Origin: Pseudomonadota bacterium
GTDB lineage: Bacteria; Myxococcota; JACRCW01; JAFGSX01
Length of the DNA stretch: 64,000 nt
Direction: 5' to 3'
Assembly: GCA_043821645.1 (NCBI GenBank)
Contig: JBDRCO010000003.1
Coordinates: 96,001-160,000 of the forward strand
Shown one piece after another: positions 1 through 9,240 of this stretch. Position 1 is the first letter of the stretch, and each line of letters starts with the position of its first letter. A model generated the notes under the pieces. The model made no database searches and had not been told where the DNA came from. It was given only the letters and a program-made list of their open reading frames with translations. Made by a program: the position numbers and the translations under genes.

Positions 1-75
1 GAGAACCACGATGGGCAGTGTCGCCGCTTGTTGTCGGTCATGGCAGGTTGGTCTGCAGGGTGGTAGGCAAGGGAG

Positions 76-831
76 ATGCGAGGGACGAAGATCTGGATAG
101 CTGCTGTTACGTGGGGGGTGGTGGCTGTCGTGGCCGCGCCAGGATCCGCGCTGGCCGATGAGGTGCCTGCCTCCGCTCCCGCGTCTGCGCCGAGCCCTGC
201 ACCCGAATCCATCGCCGAGGAGCTGTGGGCAGGCCACCAGCTCGTCACCGGGAGCCGCCCGCTGCCTGTGTTCGGGGACATCGAGACCCGCGGCGAGAGC
301 TTCGTGCTGGCACGGGCGCGGATCACCTCCGATCGCATCGAGCTCGAGCAGTGGCCCTGCGTGTTTCGCTTCAAGCCTGTGCTGGGAGTGAGCGTGCGCA
401 TGTCCGCCGCGACCATGAAGAAGCTGCCCAGGGCGCGCATCCGGTTCCTGGCCACGGGGGACCAGGCCTACCGGGCGCCCGCCTGGGAGGTGGGCTGGGA
501 CCGCCAGGACCTCGACGGTGACGGTCACCCGGGCGTCACAGTGCAAGTCGACAACGCCTTTTGCGACGGAGAGGTCTACACCGCAAGCCGCTCCACCAGT
601 ACTGCCCTGGCGCGGCGGTTGGCCGACGGGCTCGAGGGCGACGTCACGGTGCGCACCCGCGAGCGGGTCCACGACGCCTCGCGGCTCTGTCTCAAGGCCG
701 GGTCCTCGGAGCGCGAGGAGGTCCAGCAAGGGCGTTTTCGCTACCGCCGGGTGGCGCCGGGCACGCGCTGCGAGGATCTGCAGATCGAGGCCTGGCCCGT
801 ACGCGTCGACGTCGAGGCGCAGCAAAAATGA
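76..831 (+). CDS. Hypothetical exported protein
   Basis: GGGAG just before ATG; signal-peptide-like N-terminus ending ALA-D; several Cys and a DLDGDGHPG motif; stop overlaps ATG 828 of the crtD frame (ATGA). Confidence 0.7.
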   Translation: MRGTKIWIAAVTWGVVAVVAAPGSALADEVPASAPASAPSPAPESIAEELWAGHQLVTGSRPLPVFGDIETRGESFVLARARITSDRIELEQWPCVFRFKPVLGVSVRMSAATMKKLPRARIRFLATGDQAYRAPAWEVGWDRQDLDGDGHPGVTVQVDNAFCDGEVYTASRSTSTALARRLADGLEGDVTVRTRERVHDASRLCLKAGSSEREEVQQGRFRYRRVAPGTRCEDLQIEAWPVRVDVEAQQK

Positions 832-860
832 CAGCCACCCGAGAGGGAGAAGACAAGAAA

Positions 861-2411
861 ATGGCAACGAACAGCAAGCGCAGGCGCGTGATCGTGGTCG
901 GTGGCGGCGTGGCCGGACTGGTTTCGACCCTGGAGCTGGCAGCCCAGGGCTTCGAGGTGACCCTGCTCGAACGCGCCAACCAGGTCGGCGGCAAGATGCG
1001 CCAGGTGCGCATCGACGACCAAGGCATCGATGTCGGGCCCACGGTGCTGACCATGCGCTGGGCCTTCGAGAACGTGTTCGCCGACGTGGGCGAGAAGCTC
1101 GACGAGCATCTGAAGCTGGTGCCCGCCGAGGTGCTGGCGCGCCACGCGTGGCAGGACGGCGGGCGTCTGGACCTGTACACGGACCCTGAGCGCTCGGCCC
1201 GGGCCATCCAGGACTTCGCTGGCAAGAAGGAGGCCGAGGGTTTTCGCAAGTTCTCGGCCTACGCCAAGAAGATATACGAGGCCACGGAGGAACCCTTCAT
1301 CCTGGCGCAGCGCCCGGACTTTTTGGCCATGGTCGGCTCGCTGGGCCTGAGCGGCATGGCCAAGCTCACGCGCATCGACATGCTGCGCAGCATGTGGAAA
1401 TCCCTGGGTGACTTCTTCAAGGATCCGCATCTGCATCAGCTCTTCGCGCGCTATGCGACCTACTATGGCTCGTCTCCCTACATGGCGCCGGCCACCCTCA
1501 ACCTCATCGCCCACGTCGAGCTTCAGGGGGTCTGGTTCGTCGATGGCGGCATGGTGCGCATCGCCGAGACCTTCGAGGCGCTGGCCAGGGCCCGCGGCGC
1601 CGAGATCCGCACCGGCGTCCACGTCGACAGGTTGCTGATGCGCGGCGACCGCGTACAGGGTGTGGTGACGGCCCAGGGCGAGACCCTTCAGGCGGACGCG
1701 GTCATCGTCAACGCCGATGTGGCTGCTCTGGCCACGGGCAAGTTGGGCTCCGAGCTGACCGGTTCGTTCAACGCGCCCGAGCTCAAGGAACGCTCGCTGT
1801 CTGCCCTGACCCTGGCCATGCGCGCGCGCACCAGTGGCCTCGACCTCATGCGCCACACCGTGTTCTTCAGCCGCGACTACAAGGATGAGTTCGAGCGCAT
1901 CTTCGACCAACAGCTGCTGCCGCGCGAACCCACCACGTACATCTGCGCTCAGGACAGGCTCGACGACGGTGCGACCATCACCGGGCCCGAGCGCCTGTTC
2001 TTCATCATCAACGCTCCCGCGGTGGGCGACCGCCGCCGCTTCGACGACAAGGAGATCCAGGCATGCCTGCAGGCGACCTTCGCGATGCTCGAGCGCTGCG
2101 GCCTGAAGCTGGAGCGCGATCCCGCGGCCACGGTGGTGACCACGCCCCACGACTTCGAGCAGAGCTTCCCGGCGACGGGCGGGGCGCTGTACGGCTCGGC
2201 CACCCACAGCTGGAAGGGTCCGCTCAACCGACCGGCGGGCCGGACCAAGGTGCCGGGGCTGTACCTGGCCGGGGGCAGCGTGCATCCGGGAGCGGGGGTG
2301 CCCATGGTGACCCTGGGCGGGCGCCTGGCGGCTGCGGCGGTGCTCGAGGACCTTGCTTCGACAAGCCTGTCGCCGCTTCGGGTTACGCGTGGTGGTACCT
2401 CGACGGTGTGA
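861..2411 (+). CDS. crtD: Hydroxycarotenoid 3,4-desaturase (CrtI/CrtD family)
   Basis: FAD motif VIVVGGGVAGL..E..GGK, DVGPTVLTM, C-terminal LYLAGGSVHPGAGVPM, tail DLASTS..GGTSTV; adjacent to crtC. Start 861 or 828. Confidence 0.85.
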   Translation: MATNSKRRRVIVVGGGVAGLVSTLELAAQGFEVTLLERANQVGGKMRQVRIDDQGIDVGPTVLTMRWAFENVFADVGEKLDEHLKLVPAEVLARHAWQDGGRLDLYTDPERSARAIQDFAGKKEAEGFRKFSAYAKKIYEATEEPFILAQRPDFLAMVGSLGLSGMAKLTRIDMLRSMWKSLGDFFKDPHLHQLFARYATYYGSSPYMAPATLNLIAHVELQGVWFVDGGMVRIAETFEALARARGAEIRTGVHVDRLLMRGDRVQGVVTAQGETLQADAVIVNADVAALATGKLGSELTGSFNAPELKERSLSALTLAMRARTSGLDLMRHTVFFSRDYKDEFERIFDQQLLPREPTTYICAQDRLDDGATITGPERLFFIINAPAVGDRRRFDDKEIQACLQATFAMLERCGLKLERDPAATVVTTPHDFEQSFPATGGALYGSATHSWKGPLNRPAGRTKVPGLYLAGGSVHPGAGVPMVTLGGRLAAAAVLEDLASTSLSPLRVTRGGTSTV

Positions 2412-3289
2412 GTGACGACGGTCGCCAGGGCATCACGGTCATCGCCTTCGTGGGCAGCGTGTTCTCGCCGGGCTACGCCAATGCGCGACGGCGCCAGCCC
2501 GACGTGGACCCGCTGGACTACTGCGCGCTCAACGTCGTGGTGTACGAGCGCGATCGCAAGTCCTGGGCCCTGACCGAGTGGCCGCGCCACGCCATCCACC
2601 GCGATGCAGACCACTTCGCGCTCGGACCCAACCGCCTGAGCTGGAACCAGGGTGCCCTGGAGCTGATCTTCGATGAGCGGCAATCGCCTTTTGGTCAGCC
2701 CCTGCGCGGGCGCCTGCGGCTGACCCCCGAGCACCTGTACGGCCACCCCGTGTACCTCGACCAGGCGCGCGAGCATCGCTGGTGGCCGGTGTGTCCGCAC
2801 GCGCGCATCGAGGTCTGGCTCGATCAACCCGGTCTGCACTTCGTGGGCGCCGGCTACCACGACAGCAACGAGGGCGATGTCCCGCTCGAGCAGTCCTTTC
2901 GCTACTGGACCTGGTCCCGCGCCACCCTGCCCAAGGGCACGGCCGTGCTCTACGACGTGGACCCTGTGGCAGGACCACCCACCCGCCGCGGCTGGTTGTT
3001 CGACCACGACGGTCGGGTGCGGGACATTGCGGCGCCTCGTGCCCAGTCGCTACCGCCCGGGTTGTGGGGGGTGCCGAGGCACACCCGCGTGGATGAGGGT
3101 GCCAGCGCACGGGTCGAGCAGACCTTTGAGGACTCGCCCTTTTACATGCGCTCGCTGCTGCGAACGCGGCTGCTGGGCGAGGACGCCCTGGCCGTGCACG
3201 AGGCGCTGTCCCTGGAACGCTTCGATCAGACCTGGGTGCAACTGCTGCTGCCCTTTCGCATGCGGCGCCGGCGACGATGGAACCCCTGA
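2063..3289 (+). CDS. crtC: Carotenoid 1,2-hydratase (hydroxyneurosporene synthase)
   Basis: GYAWWYLDGVSDDG, IAFVGSVFSP, HRWWP, GYHDSNEGD, FEDSPFYMRS, HEALSLERF, LLPFRM. ATG 2063 has AAGGAG 8 nt upstream; alternative GTG 2408. Confidence 0.85.
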   Translation: MPAGDLRDARALRPEAGARSRGHGGDHAPRLRAELPGDGRGAVRLGHPQLEGSAQPTGGPDQGAGAVPGRGQRASGSGGAHGDPGRAPGGCGGARGPCFDKPVAASGYAWWYLDGVSDDGRQGITVIAFVGSVFSPGYANARRRQPDVDPLDYCALNVVVYERDRKSWALTEWPRHAIHRDADHFALGPNRLSWNQGALELIFDERQSPFGQPLRGRLRLTPEHLYGHPVYLDQAREHRWWPVCPHARIEVWLDQPGLHFVGAGYHDSNEGDVPLEQSFRYWTWSRATLPKGTAVLYDVDPVAGPPTRRGWLFDHDGRVRDIAAPRAQSLPPGLWGVPRHTRVDEGASARVEQTFEDSPFYMRSLLRTRLLGEDALAVHEALSLERFDQTWVQLLLPFRMRRRRRWNP

Positions 3290-4467
3290 GCGCGATCGCC
3301 GCCTGGATCTCCCTGGCCTGGGCGGCGCTCGCTGCGGGGCTGACCGGCGTGGCGTTGTTCCAGCGCTGGCGGTTTGGCATGCAGGCTCGCGCGTACCGCG
3401 CGCCGTCGGGGGCGCGGCCGCGGGTGCTGCTGGTGCGGCCCTGCGCGGGCGACGAGCCCTACCTCGAGCGCTGCCTGAGTTCCGTGGTGCGCGCCCGTCA
3501 CCACCTCGACCTGCGCATCGTGCACGGCGTCAGCCAGGCCGACGATGGCGCCGTGCCCACGATCGTTCGCGTGGTCGAGCTCATCCGCGCGGCAGGCCTG
3601 CAGGCCGAACACCGGGTCGTGGCCCCGCGCGGCCCCAACCTCAAGGCCTCGACTTTGAGCGGCCTCACCGAGGAGCTGGCCGGGCAGTTCGACGTCGTGG
3701 TCAACGTCGACAGCAATGTGGATCTCGAGGGCTTCGATCTGGATGCCCTGGTGGCTCCTCTTGTCGCCGACACGGGCGTGGGTGCGACCTGGGCGCCGCC
3801 CCACGAACACAGCGATGCACCGACCCTGGGCAGCCGGGCGGCCGAGGCTGTGCTATCGGGATCGCTGCATGCCTTTGGCCTGCTCATGGGCCTGGACCCT
3901 GCTGGGCTGGTGGGCAAGACCTGGGCCCTGCGCAGCGATGCTCTGCAGGCCATGGGTGGCTTCTCGCCCCTGGTGAACTACCTGGGCGAAGACCACGAGC
4001 TGGCTGCTCGCGTGCAGCGCGCGGGTTTGCGTGTGGTGCCCATGCCATCACCCGTGCGCTCCTTGGTGGACCGACGCAGCGTCGATGACACGGTGCAGCG
4101 CCAGGCGCGCTGGCTCATGGTGATCCGGGCCCAGCGGCCATGGTTGTTGCTGACCTACCCGATGTTCTTCTGCGGTGCGCCCGCAGTCACGCTGCTGGCC
4201 TGGCTGGGTTCCCTGGCCCAGCCCCGCGTTGCTGGCTGGGCCCTGCTGCTCGCCTGGGCTGCCCGCTGGACCCAGTCTGCCCTGGCGCGACTGTTCTCGA
4301 ACAGCCGTCCCGGGATCTCGATCGCGGTGGTCGATGCGCTGCTCGGAGACTGGGTGCTCTGGCGCTCGCTCGCTCGCTCGCTGGGATCGCGCGAGTTCGC
4401 GTGGCGTGGCCGGCGCCTGCGCATCGATCGCGGTGGCCTGCTATCGGCTGTCGACGGGAAGAAGTGA
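3277..4467 (+). CDS. Membrane glycosyltransferase, GT2/GT21 (HpnI/ceramide glucosyltransferase-like)
   Basis: N-terminal TM, VRPCAG, PNLK, VDS, LGEDHEL, QRQARW (QxxRW), C-terminal TMs, WRGRR; overlaps crtC end. Confidence 0.8.
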   Translation: MEPLSAIAAWISLAWAALAAGLTGVALFQRWRFGMQARAYRAPSGARPRVLLVRPCAGDEPYLERCLSSVVRARHHLDLRIVHGVSQADDGAVPTIVRVVELIRAAGLQAEHRVVAPRGPNLKASTLSGLTEELAGQFDVVVNVDSNVDLEGFDLDALVAPLVADTGVGATWAPPHEHSDAPTLGSRAAEAVLSGSLHAFGLLMGLDPAGLVGKTWALRSDALQAMGGFSPLVNYLGEDHELAARVQRAGLRVVPMPSPVRSLVDRRSVDDTVQRQARWLMVIRAQRPWLLLTYPMFFCGAPAVTLLAWLGSLAQPRVAGWALLLAWAARWTQSALARLFSNSRPGISIAVVDALLGDWVLWRSLARSLGSREFAWRGRRLRIDRGGLLSAVDGKK

Positions 4468-4482
4468 ACGAGTTCGGCAGAA

Positions 4483-5166
4483 TCAGACGCCGGGATCCCA
4501 GCTCGACGCCGGCAAGATCTTCCAGCCCGAGTCGTAGATGTCGGTCTTGATGCGCAGCACGCGCAGGGGCCAGGTACGGGTCTTGCCCTGCTTGAGGACT
4601 TCTTCGACCTCGAAGTGGTGGTACCACAGCTGGTACTCGCCGCGGCTGCCCAGCTCGGGCATGAGCTGGCGCAGGGGATTGTTCGCGTTCCAGTAGACCC
4701 AGGTGTTGACCCGCGCGGCGCGGGCGAACAGCGGGAACTTCCTGGCGAAGAGCTCGGCCTGGGCCTGGGTCGGCGCGATCACCTCGCGCGCCTGCTCGCG
4801 GGTGATCTCGGCAGCGGTCTTGAGCTTGTACTTCTTCTTCAGGTAGTCGCTGCCCAGGCGGTCAAGCTTCTTCAGCTCGCTGACGGCATCGGCGAGCTTG
4901 GCCTTCTCGACCACCTCGGGTTCGCGCTTGACGATCTTCCAGTTGGCGATGGCCACCACCTCGGCGTCCAGGGTCACCTTGCCCAGCAGGTAGGTCCGCG
5001 CGTAGTCCGGACCTGTGCCCTCCAGGGCGTTGAGGTAGTCGGTGGCGATGCGCAGGGGTTCGTCCGGTGCAGCCTCGGCCAGAGGTTTGTCAACGGGAGC
5101 GGGGGCCTTGGTCGCGGCCATCCCCATCAGGGCGAGAGTGCTGAGCAACACGAGCTTGGTGTGCAT
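4483..5166 (-). CDS. Hypothetical exported protein
   Basis: GGAG before MHTKLVLLSTLALMGMAA signal peptide; coding-like codon usage; no family recognised. Confidence 0.7.
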   Translation of the reverse strand: MHTKLVLLSTLALMGMAATKAPAPVDKPLAEAAPDEPLRIATDYLNALEGTGPDYARTYLLGKVTLDAEVVAIANWKIVKREPEVVEKAKLADAVSELKKLDRLGSDYLKKKYKLKTAAEITREQAREVIAPTQAQAELFARKFPLFARAARVNTWVYWNANNPLRQLMPELGSRGEYQLWYHHFEVEEVLKQGKTRTWPLRVLRIKTDIYDSGWKILPASSWDPGV

Positions 5167-5317
5167 GGTCGGCTCCATCCCTGCCCCCCGCGGGGCCGCG
5201 CGTTGTGGCGAGCCAGGGATGATAGTCAGGGTGCGCGGGAGATCCAATGGTCGCGACTGAGGGTCCACGGTCACAACCCATTGCGGTCCTCTCCCGACCG
5301 GCGCAGCCGGGGAGCTG

Positions 5318-5344
5318 TGATGACGTCGCCCCCCGGCGTCATCA
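5318..5344 (-). terminator. Stem-loop after the 5359..6879 gene
   Basis: TGATGACGTCG-CCCCC-CGGCGTCATCA, 10/11 complementary; no U-tract. Confidence 0.35.
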
Positions 5345-5358
5345 GGGGAGCCGGCGGA

Positions 5359-6879
5359 TCACTCCGATGCCGCAGCCGGGCTCTTGACCCTGGTCACACT
5401 CCCCGACAACCAGGCGCGCGCGGTTCCGCCCTGGCTGGTGCAGGGAGCCAAAGACTTCAATGCCGCTGCCTCGACGCAGCGTCTGGCCGGGTCCACGATC
5501 TGCTCGGCAGTCGTGTTCTTCTTGGCCGGCAGCAGGAAGGTGGCCTTGGTGGCGTGACCCACCTCGTCAAAATGGACCTCGTAATAGAAGTCGAGCCTGG
5601 TGCGCTTGCCATGGTCCTTGAGCGCATAGGTGTCGTCGAAGGGGAAGTCCACCAGGCACTTCTTGAACGGGTTCCCGTCGCGCGGCAGCCGCCAGTCCTG
5701 CAGCGCCGGATCCGAAACCCTGGGTTTCTGCTTTCGCCAGTCCCTGTCCTGTGTGCGCTCCTGGTTCAGCGACAGCGAGATGATGTAGCGGCCGTCGCTG
5801 GTGACGACGTCACCACGGCGGATCTTGAGGCTCAGGTTGATCATGGTTTGGCTTTTACTCTCGCCAGCAAGCGCCTTCTCGACCACGGGCTGCAGACAGG
5901 CACGTACCTCCGCCTGGGCGGACTCGACCTCGACGTCAAAGCCGCGGCCCGAACGCCGTGCGAACACGCGCGTGCTCGATTCCAGCTGCGGATGGTCCAG
6001 GCAGGGGATGCTGGCCAGGTCGACGGCGATGCGGCGGTCCTGCTGCTCGACGTTCCAGGGGCGTTCCTTGAGCAGCGACCACACAGGCGCACTCGACGAG
6101 GCCTCGCGCTCTACCTCCAGCTCGGCGCTCTCCGACTCGACCGCGCGTTCGAGCCAACCTGTGCTGTCGAGGCCACCCAAGCCGAGGCCTCCCAGGATCC
6201 CACCAACACCCTCGCTGCCACCCGCGGCCTTCCAGTCGCGTACCCTGGTCGCAGCCAGTGCTGTGGCCAGGTCGGCCACGGTCTTGAACCGCTGCACCTT
6301 GCCCTGCGCGATGCGCCAGGTGAAGTACTCCGGCCGCGGCTTCATGGCGTCGTCGTCGGTGTCGTCCTCGTCGCCACTGCCAGTCGCTGACCTGAATGTC
6401 AGCTCGACTGCACAGGCGCCCCACTTCTCGCTACACTCGATGTTCCAGGCGGCCTGGCGCAGCTCACACGGACCACCACCACAGACCTTGCTATCGGCAG
6501 CCAGGGCCGCCAGTTCCTCGTCGCCCCCCGAGCGAGGCACGCGGCACTGCGGACCGTCCTCTCGCAGACCCTGGCGCAGACGTTCGAGCACAGGCCTTGC
6601 GCGGTCAGGCGGCACCGCGTCTTTGCCGAGCTTCCTGGCCACCGCCGCGACCGCTGCAGTCATGGTGGCGTTCTCCTCGCTGTTCAGGCGCCAGTCGTTG
6701 CTGAGAATCACGAAGCGGGGTGTGCTGGCATCGGCCTTGCCTGCCGCAGGCGGCTTTTCCGTTGCTGGCTTGCCAGAGGATCGCCTGGCCCTTGCGGGTG
6801 CGCTCGCGAGCAGACACAGGAGCACACTCAGCGCGAGTGGCGAGCACCTGCTCACCGACGAGACCCGGGTCTCAAACAT
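5359..6879 (-). CDS. Cys-rich exported protein, possibly with TonB-C/AgmX-like domains
   Basis: GGAGG before ATG; signal peptide ending APARA; Gly-rich GGILGGLGLGG linker; paired Cys in C-terminal half. Confidence 0.6.
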   Translation of the reverse strand: MFETRVSSVSRCSPLALSVLLCLLASAPARARRSSGKPATEKPPAAGKADASTPRFVILSNDWRLNSEENATMTAAVAAVARKLGKDAVPPDRARPVLERLRQGLREDGPQCRVPRSGGDEELAALAADSKVCGGGPCELRQAAWNIECSEKWGACAVELTFRSATGSGDEDDTDDDAMKPRPEYFTWRIAQGKVQRFKTVADLATALAATRVRDWKAAGGSEGVGGILGGLGLGGLDSTGWLERAVESESAELEVEREASSSAPVWSLLKERPWNVEQQDRRIAVDLASIPCLDHPQLESSTRVFARRSGRGFDVEVESAQAEVRACLQPVVEKALAGESKSQTMINLSLKIRRGDVVTSDGRYIISLSLNQERTQDRDWRKQKPRVSDPALQDWRLPRDGNPFKKCLVDFPFDDTYALKDHGKRTRLDFYYEVHFDEVGHATKATFLLPAKKNTTAEQIVDPARRCVEAAALKSLAPCTSQGGTARAWLSGSVTRVKSPAAASE

Positions 6880-7144
6880 GGTCACCTCCAGCGATGGCTG
6901 CCCCCAGCCTATCGAGCAGTCCAGGGTTGCTGATGAGAATTCTCACCCCCCCTATGCGTTCCTCGGAGGACCGCGCTTTCAGTTCGTCGATCCGGGTAGC
7001 AGCGCGCTGGCACTATGGTCAGATGGCTGACCGCAGATGACAGATGATCGGCTACCTCCCAGCTTCCCCGCAGCCCCGTCCTTCAATATCATGCGCGCCA
7101 CAGCGAGGGAGCGTGCGCCACCGCCACCCAGCAACGAGGACAGC

Positions 7145-8422
7145 ATGGACACCAAGCAGCTTTACGACGAGTACCTGATCACGAGCATGGTCGCCGGCTT
7201 CGAGCCCATCGTCGCCACCAGCGCCGAGGGCTGCACCCTGGTCGGTGACGACGGCAAAGAGTACCTGGACTGCTTCAGCGGCATCTCCGTGGTCAACGCC
7301 GGTCACGGGCATCCCAGGGTGCGAGCCGCTGCCAAGGCGCAGATCGACCAGCTCGTGCATTGCTGCACCTACGTCTACTACAACCCGCGCGCGGGCGAGC
7401 TGGCGCAGAAGCTGGCCAGGGCCACACCCGGCAGGCTACAGAAGACCTTCTTCTGCAATTCAGGCGCCGAGGCGGTCGAGGGCGCCATGCGCCTGGCCAA
7501 GCAGTTCACCAGCAGGCAGGAGATCGTGTGCCTGACTCAGAGCTTTCACGGCCGCACCTGGGGCACCCTCTCGGTGACCGGCAACCGCGGGCGCAAGAAG
7601 GGCGCCGGCCCCTACGCACCGGGCATCGCCTTCACACCGGCACCGTACTGCTACCGATGCCCGTTCAAGAGTTCGCTGCCCCAGTGCGGCTACGCCTGCG
7701 CCGAGTATCTGGACCAGGTGCTGCGCTATGCCACCTGTGGCAGCGTGGCTGCTTTCCTGGCCGAGGCGGTGATGGGCGAAGGCGGCATCATCGTGCCACC
7801 ACCCGAGTACTTCAAGATCGCGGTCGAGCTCGCACGCAAGGACGGTGCGGTGTTCATCGCCGACGAGGTGCAGTGCGGCTTCGGGCGCACAGGCAAGATG
7901 TTTGCCATCGAGCACTACGGTGTCGAGCCCGACATCCTGTGCATGGCCAAGGGTATCGCCGACGGTTTCCCCCTGGGCGGCTTCATCGCGCGCCCCGATG
8001 TGGCCAACGCCTTCACCCCCGGCGACCACCTGTCCACCTTTGGCGGGAACCCCGTGTGCTGCGCGGCGGCCAGTGCCAACCTCGATGTCATGCTCGACGA
8101 GAAGCTGCCGGAACGCGCGGCCACCACCGGCGCGTGGTTCATGCAGAAGCTCGTCGAGTTGCAGGACAAGCACGGTCTCATCGGCGAGGTGCGCGGCAAG
8201 GGCCTGATGATTGGCATCGAGATGGTGCTCGACCGCAACAAGACCCCGGCACCCGAGCAGACCAAGCAGGTGCGCGGGCTGTGCCGTGAGGCCGGACTGC
8301 TGCTTGGCCAGGGTGGCTCGTTCAACAACGTGCTGCGCCTGCAGCCGCCCCTCGTGCTCACCGAGGAGCAGGCCGCGCGCGCGGTCTCGACGCTGGACCA
8401 GGCGCTGGCCAAGGTCGCCTGA
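7145..8422 (+). CDS. Class III PLP aminotransferase (GabT/ArgD-like)
   Basis: YLDCFSGISVVNAGHGHP, NSGAEAVEGA, SFHGRT, FIADEVQCGFGRTG, PDILCMAKGIADGFP, STFGGNP. Confidence 0.92.
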   Translation: MDTKQLYDEYLITSMVAGFEPIVATSAEGCTLVGDDGKEYLDCFSGISVVNAGHGHPRVRAAAKAQIDQLVHCCTYVYYNPRAGELAQKLARATPGRLQKTFFCNSGAEAVEGAMRLAKQFTSRQEIVCLTQSFHGRTWGTLSVTGNRGRKKGAGPYAPGIAFTPAPYCYRCPFKSSLPQCGYACAEYLDQVLRYATCGSVAAFLAEAVMGEGGIIVPPPEYFKIAVELARKDGAVFIADEVQCGFGRTGKMFAIEHYGVEPDILCMAKGIADGFPLGGFIARPDVANAFTPGDHLSTFGGNPVCCAAASANLDVMLDEKLPERAATTGAWFMQKLVELQDKHGLIGEVRGKGLMIGIEMVLDRNKTPAPEQTKQVRGLCREAGLLLGQGGSFNNVLRLQPPLVLTEEQAARAVSTLDQALAKVA

Positions 8423-8433
8423 GCCAGGCCCGT

Positions 8434-9240
8434 TCACCCACCGTCGCGGGTCGACGATGACTCGCGCTCGTGGCGCGGCAGCGAGCGGAGAGGGCGCGCC
8501 GCTGATCGCGCGCCGCCTGTCAGCAATCCCAGTGCCCGTTCCAGCGTACGTCCGGCCCACGAACGCCGCCTGCGCAGCACCGTCTCGAAGCCATGCTCCG
8601 GCCCGGGCCTGCGCAGGAACTGCTCGATGCGCTCGAGCTCGATCTCGACCGCACGCTCCTGGCCCAGGCGCGTGGTCTCGACCTCGTCGCTGGATGCGAC
8701 GGGCTCGCCGATGCTGACCAGAAAATAAGGTTTTTCGAGATGCCTGAAGCAGTAGCGCAGCGCCACGGGCAGCACCGTGGCCTGTGGTGCACGGTTTGCG
8801 ACCACGGCCGCTCCTGGCTTGAACTCGAGGGGGCGCTCGGTGACAGGTCGCTCTCGTCCCTGGCAGAAGATCCACACCGCGCGACCAGGTCCGTTCAACA
8901 ACCCCGTGCTGTAGTCGACGCCGGCGGATCTGTCCCCGGCGTCGTCGAGCTCGACCCCGAAACCTCCCAGGCGCCCAAGAAAGGGCAGCGTGCGCAGGTT
9001 GCGGGCATCCATCATCGCGTAGCCGTCCAGGGGCACCAGGCGCGTGGACAGCAGGATGCACAACATGGGGTCCCACCACGCCGTGTGGTTGGACACGAAC
9101 AGGATGGGTCCGGTCGCAGCGGCCTCTCGCACGCGAGCCAGCCCGCGCATCTCGAGGGCCGCAAAACTGCGCAGCACGCGTCTCTCGACGTGACCGCCGA
9201 AGTACCATTTGAGAAAGGAGCTGGGCCTGGCCGGGATCAC
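8434..9240 (-). CDS. PlsC-like acyltransferase, probably acylates carotenoid glycoside
   Basis: NHTAWWD (HxxxxD), IFCQG, FKPG; GTG start overlaps cyclase stop; last gene of the crtE operon. Confidence 0.8.
   Translation of the reverse strand: MIPARPSSFLKWYFGGHVERRVLRSFAALEMRGLARVREAAATGPILFVSNHTAWWDPMLCILLSTRLVPLDGYAMMDARNLRTLPFLGRLGGFGVELDDAGDRSAGVDYSTGLLNGPGRAVWIFCQGRERPVTERPLEFKPGAAVVANRAPQATVLPVALRYCFRHLEKPYFLVSIGEPVASSDEVETTRLGQERAVEIELERIEQFLRRPGPEHGFETVLRRRRSWAGRTLERALGLLTGGARSAARPLRSLPRHERESSSTRDGG

Noticed and set aside
561-860. N-terminal extension of crtD in the ORF track
   Set aside because: Overlaps the 76..831 gene, Arg/Gly-rich, and the FAD motif starts just after 861.
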